Shown here: piece after piece, positions 40,001 through 45,327 of the stretch
Layout: each line of letters begins with the position of its first letter
Numbering within the stretch: the first letter of the stretch is position 1
Assembly (NCBI GenBank): GCA_963704885.1
Contig: CAVPIB010000002.1
Coordinates: 1-45,327 of the forward strand
Direction of reading: 5' to 3'
From: an uncultured Actinomycetes bacterium
Lineage (GTDB): Bacteria > Actinomycetota > UBA4738 > HRBIN12
Length of the DNA stretch: 45,327 nucleotides
The notes under the pieces: generated by a model
The model's database searches: none
What the model was told of the DNA's origin: nothing
What the model saw: the letters and a program-made list of their open reading frames with translations, nothing else
Translations under genes and position numbers: made by a program

Positions 40001-43000
40001 GTCCGTGAAGGTAGTGACACCCGAATCGGATCCGGGGAACAGGGTCGAGTAGTAGCTGGTGTACTGGTTCGCATCGAGTTGAGAGATGACTGCGCCCGTG
40101 GCTAGGTCATACAGGTTGGCCACGACCGGCTGGTTGTTCTGATCCGTGATCTGCGCCAACTGCGCGCCGTTGTACGTGTAAGTCGTCGTTCCACCGCCGA
40201 GATCGTCGACGAACCTCAGCTGTCCGTTGACGAAGCGATACGTCACGGTTCGTCCACCAGGAAGGGTCATCACCGTGGTATCCGCGTTCGGGTATGAGAA
40301 ATCGATCGTACGGTTCGCCGTGTCCGTAACGGAGTCAAGCTGTCCTGAGGAGTAGGAGAGCGTCAGGGCGTGGCCATTGCGATCGGTGATGGCGAGTAGT
40401 GCACCCACGGCGTTGAACCTGTAGACGGTGTGATCCGGTTGGGTGAGGAGATACTCGTTGCTGATGTTCTTCACGAGTGTGTCTCTCACCCCATCGCCGG
40501 ACGTGTAGCTGGCTCCGGACTTCGTGAAGGTGAGTTCAGGCCCGTTCGGAAGGAAGGCGCGCACGTCGCCGTTCCCGAGGATCTCCAGGGACGCGTCGAA
40601 CGAGTCAGTCCACCCCACGCCGAATCGGCCAACATGAGGAAGCAGGGAGTTGTACCAACGCGTGAACACGAACGGCATCCCGATCCCCGGGACGCTGGCA
40701 TCGGTCGTGGACCACGAGAAGTTGCCGCTGGACGTATCGACAGGGTCTCCCCTGAGCGCCCGCGGCGTCGAGGCGTCGACGACCTGAGCGGGTCCGATCT
40801 CTTGTGCGAGCAAAGGAACGAACTTGACCCGCCGGAGCCGGTGGTTGCCCGAGTCCGCTATCCACAGATCCGTTCCATCCGACGCGAGACCGGTCACTTG
40901 CGAGAACTTCGCGCCATGCCAGGAATCGTCGCTCATCCCAGCTGAGCTGCCGACCAGGTTGCCGACCGCACCGGTCGCCTTCGTGATCCTCTCCACGCCG
41001 GTGTCTCCTGGGGCGGACACGTAGAGGAAGTCGCCCGCGGAGACCAGCTGACCGATCCCCGCGACCGCCGTGCAGAACCCCGGGATCGAGTAGATCGTGG
41101 TGGACCCGTCCGAGAGTTTGATCCTCAACAGATCGTTGCCGCACGGGAAGCTGGGCGTGATCGCCTCGGTGATCCACAGATGGGTCGCATCGGAGGTGAT
41201 GGAGAGCCCTGATTTGTAGGTCGTGTACTGGTAGTAGTTCGTGACCGTCCCGTTGATGGGGTCCACGCGATAGACCCATGGCCCGTTCGACGCGACGTAC
41301 AGGTATCCGTCGGGGCCGTAGGTTAGCGAGCCCGTGACGGCCGAGGTGACGGTGGATGTGGCACCCGTCGAAAGGGACACGCGCCGGATGCCGCATTCCG
41401 GATCCGACAGGTAGAGGTAGTAGCCGTCCGAGTCCATGTCGCTGAGGATGAGCCCGGTGCCCCCTAACCAGACCTGGGCCGGATCAGCGCTGTCCACACA
41501 GCCCGTCGCGGTTGGGGACCCCGTCAGGGTCGTGACCTGTGCGGTCGCGAGGTCGATCCTCCGCACTGCCCCGATCGTGGAGAGATAGGCGGCACCATCC
41601 ACGATGGTCGCCCCACCCATATTCTTGAAGCTCGCAGCTGTTCCCGTGCCATCGACCGTAGCCGCAGTTCCATCGCCGGCGAACGTCGTGACCCGCCCCG
41701 GGTAGATGTCGACCGTCGATGTGGCAAGGCCGGACTGACTCTTCGGCAGAGCCGTATCGGACACGACCTTGCGGAACCGATGGTTGCCGGAATCCAACAA
41801 CCAGAGACTGGAACCGTCCGAGGCGACCCCTGTGATCTTGGAGAACCATGCGTCGGTCCCCGTTCCGTTCTGGTAGCCGACCCCGTTGGTGCCCGCCGTC
41901 TGCACGATCGTGCCGTCGGCCTTCGTGATCCGCTCCAACCCCGAGTCGGTGGGATTCGAGACGTAGAGGTAGTTCCCCGCGGAAGCGAGCTGGCTGATCC
42001 CGGCGAGCTTCGGGCAGCTGCCGGACAGCGAGTAGAGCGTGGTCGAACCGTTGGCGAGCGTGATCCGAAGGAGATCGGTACCACACGGGAGCCCCTCGAT
42101 CACCCAGAGGTACGACGAGTCGGCGGCGATGGAGATCCCGTACTTCGAGAACGTGTACTGGTAGTAGTTGGTCTTGGATCCCGTGGTGGTGTCGACCCGG
42201 TAGATGTACGAGCTGCCGGCGACATACAGGAAGCCGTCGGGGCCAACCGTGACGGAGCCAGTGGCCGTCGTGGTCAGCGTGGAAGTGGCACCGCTGGCTA
42301 GATCGATCTTGCGGATCCCGCATTCAGGATCAGACAGATACAGATACGTTCCATCGGAGTCCATGTCGCCCAGGTAGAGCCCGCTGCCACCGAATCTGAC
42401 GGCGGTCGGGTCCGTGCTATCGACGCATCCGGTCGATGTGGGCGAGCCGGCGCGCGTCGTGACCTGGGCGGTCGCCAGGTCGACGCGTCGAACTGCCCCG
42501 GTTGTTGAGACGTAGGCGGCGCCCGACACAACGACCGACCCACCCATATCCTTGAAACTCGCGCCCGAGCCGGTGCCATCGACGGTTGCGGAAGTACCAC
42601 TTCCAGCGAACGTCGAGACCAGACCCGTTGCGATATCGACGTTGGTGTCTGCCGTGGGGAAGATGGAGTTGCCGTTGAGACGAAGCGATGCAGACGAAGT
42701 ATCCGCCCGTCGAATGAGATGACGGATCCGAATCGATGTCCGATCGGAGCTGCGGGCGAGCTCAGGGGATGGATGGATCCCCGCCGCCATGATGGCCGTG
42801 GATGGTTCGCTGTTGCGCATCCGCTCCTTGAAACGTGAGGCAGCCTCCGATCGGCGTGCGGCATCCAACCCGTGATTGGCTGCCCGCTGCGGGGTGACGC
42901 GCGCTCGCGTCGTCTCAGCTATCGCAGGGACGGCGACCGAGACGACCAGCAGGCTGACGACCAAGGCAGCTCTGCGAAGGAAAGCCGATCGACCGACTCG

Positions 43001-43081
43001 ACGAGATTCGATCCCTGAAACCTGGCCCGCAGTCTGGAGCGTCGAGCGGTGCCCCGGGCGCCGCGAACCACGAAATCCCAT
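37070..43081 (-). CDS. Secreted RHS/YD-repeat polymorphic toxin with two N-terminal NHL-like propellers, a DUF6531-like domain and a C-terminal toxin domain
   Basis: Purine-rich SD before ATG 43081; signal-like 'RRAALVVSLLVVSVAVPAIA'; NHL 'WIADSGNHRLR'; 'GDPVDTSSGN...FTRWYNS...FGVGW'; many YxYD repeats; core 'FDGEYRD.TGFYNLRARMYDP...DPSG'. Confidence 0.95.
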   Translation of the reverse strand: MGFRGSRRPGHRSTLQTAGQVSGIESRRVGRSAFLRRAALVVSLLVVSVAVPAIAETTRARVTPQRAANHGLDAARRSEAASRFKERMRNSEPSTAIMAAGIHPSPELARSSDRTSIRIRHLIRRADTSSASLRLNGNSIFPTADTNVDIATGLVSTFAGSGTSATVDGTGSGASFKDMGGSVVVSGAAYVSTTGAVRRVDLATAQVTTRAGSPTSTGCVDSTDPTAVRFGGSGLYLGDMDSDGTYLYLSDPECGIRKIDLASGATSTLTTTATGSVTVGPDGFLYVAGSSYIYRVDTTTGSKTNYYQYTFSKYGISIAADSSYLWVIEGLPCGTDLLRITLANGSTTLYSLSGSCPKLAGISQLASAGNYLYVSNPTDSGLERITKADGTIVQTAGTNGVGYQNGTGTDAWFSKITGVASDGSSLWLLDSGNHRFRKVVSDTALPKSQSGLATSTVDIYPGRVTTFAGDGTAATVDGTGTAASFKNMGGATIVDGAAYLSTIGAVRRIDLATAQVTTLTGSPTATGCVDSADPAQVWLGGTGLILSDMDSDGYYLYLSDPECGIRRVSLSTGATSTVTSAVTGSLTYGPDGYLYVASNGPWVYRVDPINGTVTNYYQYTTYKSGLSITSDATHLWITEAITPSFPCGNDLLRIKLSDGSTTIYSIPGFCTAVAGIGQLVSAGDFLYVSAPGDTGVERITKATGAVGNLVGSSAGMSDDSWHGAKFSQVTGLASDGTDLWIADSGNHRLRRVKFVPLLAQEIGPAQVVDASTPRALRGDPVDTSSGNFSWSTTDASVPGIGMPFVFTRWYNSLLPHVGRFGVGWTDSFDASLEILGNGDVRAFLPNGPELTFTKSGASYTSGDGVRDTLVKNISNEYLLTQPDHTVYRFNAVGALLAITDRNGHALTLSYSSGQLDSVTDTANRTIDFSYPNADTTVMTLPGGRTVTYRFVNGQLRFVDDLGGGTTTYTYNGAQLAQITDQNNQPVVANLYDLATGAVISQLDANQYTSYYSTLFPGSDSGVTTFTDNNGHDWIDSYDGGKLISSTDPNNNVTTYSNYDIHNNPTQITRPGNRLWVYNYTYDDPGDGHVTSLTIIPPLTSNTTSYTYNSFSEVTSFTDGRGNVTRYEYDAAGNLTCVLLPTAPGATCSGATQANKQLYTYNPTSKLLETVTDPRGNVTTYRYDGQGNLCWVFVGTSPNACNAPPSGATSYTYNVNTGWRLSMVTPRGNTSPNLPADYTWNYTYYPNNQLNTVTDPLIQTTTYAYKPTGSLYTVQDANLHLTTYTYFPGGRLQEVNDPLGRKVSFTYDGNGNIATVKDQNNNITSYQYWDNNELKLVTDPLHTWQYSLYNPATSQVTETLPSGATITRTNDQMDRLSSITFSNAPTTPNVSFTYDNAGNRATMTDGASAVMNYTYDKMNRLLTAKRGPGTGAPQFSYIYDAAGNLTRRTYPDSAATKTSYNYDSHNRLCYAFVGTSTASCGSAPTTSTRFAYNVGAGTITKTLPNANGFVSTATYDKADRLTNLTNIRSGVTLSSFNYTLDAVGNPTKVVTPTETINYTYLNDDRLQQVCYDTTPTPCSASTGLTKIAYAYDPVGNITSKQAFGTTPSTTTYAYNTVNQLCWSSTTGGSGCGTPPGGATIFTYGTDGNISAMGTRTFTHDLTNRMRSTTSGGVATTFTYDGDGNRLTSKVGTAATTNYAWDVNAPVPQLAVESTTATLRRYIYGNGLISQGTPTAFGYFLSDGMGSVANLTSAAGATQRTYTYEPYGAFRTATQTGSPPANFRGFDGEYRDPTGFYNLRARMYDPGTGGFFENDPASQTPSYAFAGGRPTVMSDPSGMSFSWGGLLDWYNGHLNPAYGYLQGCFGSDGTESFGSWIGRCALGSASLVVTAVGLGKLSGIGAAKTAAVDDILPKPVVTDPRLQNVVDDLYRGTTNPGRVGTGTTADAVRNEILTGQPTGGLFHTMKALQYSNALRSILKTNLSEADRLVAQSLLDDLQNALGLTL
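40825..42640 (-). repeat. Internal tandem duplication (~927-bp / 309-aa unit) of the NHL-like domain
   Basis: 'ATVDGTG..ASFK.MGG', 'DLATAQVTT', 'DMDSDG.YLYLSDPECGIR' and 'DSGNHR' each occur twice; units start at about 42640 and 41713. Confidence 0.92.
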
Positions 43082-43239
43082 CGGATCTCTCCCCCTCGTG
43101 TTCGGCGATGCGGGCGCTGCGGACGCTAGCGCTCTTCTTGACAGCTGACAAAACCCGCAGTACAGGACCACCTCAAGAGACCCTGGGAGAGGCTCAGGTC
43201 ACTGATTCGCGGACACTTGAGGCTTGTGTTCTCCGATGA

Positions 43240-45196
43240 TCACCAGGGAACCCGGACCACGCGAACCGGCTCGGCCAGCCCTTTAAGGTTGACCTCCCGC
43301 GGCTCATCGCTCGTCACGTCCAAGCCGTCGAGCGTTCCCTCGCTCGCGAGGATCACGCCGCCGTCTGCCATCGATCCGATCCGCGCCGCCGCGTGAACAC
43401 CCAAACCGCTGAAGCCGGTCCCGGCTCGCGTCGCCTCCGTGGCATGCAGGCCGATGCGCACCTGTGGCGCGAAGCCGTGCCCCTTCCGATGTTCCGCGAG
43501 CATGCGCTGGATCTCTATGGCACACGCGACGGCCGCAGGAGCGCTTTCGAATGCCACGAAGAACCCATCGCCCGCGTGGTCGACCTCTTCACCCGCATGT
43601 TCGGCGAAGCAGGTCCGCAGAGCATCGTCGTGCCAGCGCCGCAGGTCCTGCCACGCTTGGTCACCGATCGCTTCCACCAATGCCGTGGAGCCCACGATGT
43701 CGGTGAACATGAACGTGCGGCTCTCACGCGTGGACGTGTCGGTCGGGACCATGCGTTCGAGCGTCTCGGCAGCTCGCCGGGCGTCCGGCACGGCCCCCAG
43801 CCGCTCGAAGGTCGCTAGCGCGCTCTGCAGCTCCGAGATCGCGGCGTCCCGGTCGCCGTCCGCGAGGTAGGCCTCCGCGAGGGATGTGGAGGCCAGCCCG
43901 GTCTCGAACGGTGCATCGATCTGACGCCAATGTTGCGCGGCCCGCCGCAGCTCGCGAACCGCGTCCTCAGCAGCCCCGCCCATGAGGTAGACGATGCCTC
44001 CGGTCTCCTCTGCGCTGGCCTGCAGAGCCGTGGTCCCGTACTCCTTCGCGATCGCGGCGAGCTCTTCCGCGGCGGCTCGCGCCACCTCGACCTGGCCGAG
44101 CGCGCGAGCGACCCGAACCTGCGCCGGCAGCAAGCGCGCCCGAGCCAGCCGTTCCCACGTGAGCTCATCGAGGCTCCGCCGGATGGACGCGGCGGCCGCA
44201 TCGGTCTTCCCCTCGGCCAGCAGGAGCATCGTCATCCCGGGCTGAGGGTCCTCGCCCAACTCGTGCGCCCGACGGAACGCCTCGCCGGCCCCTTCAAGAT
44301 CTCCCATCCGCAACCGCACCTCTCCCAGCTCGTGGAAGGCGGCGCCGGCGTGCACGGGACTGAACTCGGAGAGCTCGTCGCAGGCTCGGCGAACCTCGGC
44401 CTCGGCCTCGGCCCACGATCCGACCAGGCGCATGACCTCCGCCCGGTGCACGCGGCAGACGCCCGGGAAGCCGGTGATCGCCTGACGCTCACACCATCGC
44501 TTCGCGGCGTCGGCCCACTCCGTGGCGCGTCCATAGTCGGCAAGATCCCGGCACGTGCTGATCACGTTGCAGAACACCGCCCCGGTCGTGTAGGCCCCGA
44601 GCTCACCGCCGACAGCCGCGGCGCTCACCTCTTCCATGTGGAGCCAGCCTTCCTCGACCTCTCCCTTGTCGACGAGCGTCATGCCCCTTCGCATCGAGGT
44701 CCACGCTCGCAGGTCGCGGTCGCTCGACCGGCCCGCGGTCTCGACCGCGCCGATCGAAATGTGAGAGGGCGTGGTCCAGCTCGCCCTTGCCGCCGGCGAG
44801 CTCACCGTGGGCTAGCGCGAGGTACCCGTGCGCAGTCGATTCCGGCTCATCTTCGAGGAGCGTCTCCGCGCGGTTCAGCCACCCGCTCGCCACCGATGCG
44901 GCGAGCTTGGCCGAGTACTCCCGACGAAGCGTCAGCGCCACGAACGCCGCAGGAGCGCGATCGCCTCGTTCGACGAGCGCGGCGTAGGCTCGCTCACGCG
45001 CCGAGATCGACCCGTTCTGATGACCCGTCCACCATGCCGCCTTGGCCAGGCCGATGAGGTCCTCGGGCGGGAGCGAACCCGCTACATCCAGCGCCGAGAG
45101 CAGCTCGTACGCCTCGGGCCAGGCGAGACGACGCACGGCGTCGCGCCCGCGTTCGAGGCCATCGTTGAAGTCGGGTGGCTGCATCATGTCGGTCAT
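43240..45196 (-). CDS. TPR/helical-repeat protein with a C-terminal class III nucleotidyl cyclase domain (frameshift near 44755)
   Basis: N-terminal 'LERGRDAVRRLAWPEAY', 'GVCRVHRAEVM' helical region; cyclase 'FMFTDIVGST', 'AGDGFFVAF', 'VRIGLH', 'VHAAARI', 'LKGL'. Confidence 0.9.
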
Positions 45197-45227
45197 TCTG
45201 CCTCCCGCCCCCGTTCCGGGGGAAGGG

Positions 45228-45233
45228 TAGGCT
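45228..45233 (+). promoter_or_regulatory. -10 element (TAGGCT) of a leaderless promoter
   Basis: TANNNT 6 nt upstream of GTG 45240. Confidence 0.5.
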
Positions 45234-45239
45234 CCCGAC

Positions 45240-45327
45240 GTGGACTTCGACCTGTCGCCCGAGCAGGAGGGATTCCGGAAGGTCGTCCGCGCATTCGCCG
45301 ATGAGGTCGTCGCCCCCCAAGCTGCCG
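45240..45327 (+). CDS. Acyl-CoA dehydrogenase, N-terminus (truncated by the window edge)
   Basis: Manual translation MDFDLSPEQEGFRKVVRAFADEVVAPQAA, a typical ACAD N-terminus; not in the ORF track. Confidence 0.8.
   Translation, partial: MDFDLSPEQEGFRKVVRAFADEVVAPQAA

Noticed and set aside
43082-43171. ORF-track start of the RHS gene at 43171
   Set aside because: No SD there; ATG 43081 has a purine-rich SD and lies closer to the signal-like segment.
43082-43239. Possible riboswitch in the RHS leader (CCTCAAG...CTTGAGG stem, GTCAGCT fragment)
   Set aside because: Only a 7-bp stem, and the other c-di-AMP riboswitch motifs are absent; an Rfam/Infernal search would settle it.

Overview
High-GC bacterial window; gene content and frequent leaderless TANNNT-6nt-start promoters suggest an Actinomycetota genome (inference). 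Bases 1 to about 15,700 carry many frame-breaking indels, with three more at about 18,965, 19,995 and 44,755; these look like long-read errors, so genes were rebuilt across frames and internal coordinates are approximate. From left to right: amidase; hypothetical protein; PD40/TolB-like propeller protein; large SARP/BTAD-pseudokinase-STAND-WD40 regulator; GT4 + GH5 pair; NarX/NarL-type two-component system followed by a Tat-4Fe-4S / NrfD(ActC-like) / Ig-like / cupredoxin-lipoprotein operon; a form II (AYRGAGR) Mo-hydroxylase with XdhC; a holin-like pair; a form I aerobic CO dehydrogenase cluster (coxMSL, XdhC-YHS, coxG, mocA); GNAT, nitrilase-family hydrolase, methyltransferase and acyl-CoA synthetase; a divergent Cys-less thiolase/DUF35 operon; a ~2000-aa secreted double-NHL RHS toxin with immunity gene; a TPR-class III cyclase; and the start of an acyl-CoA dehydrogenase. 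The best candidates for undescribed systems are the heme-free ACIII-like/cupredoxin module beside the CO dehydrogenase and the teneurin-like RHS toxin/immunity pair. No rRNA, tRNA, CRISPR array or transposase was seen.
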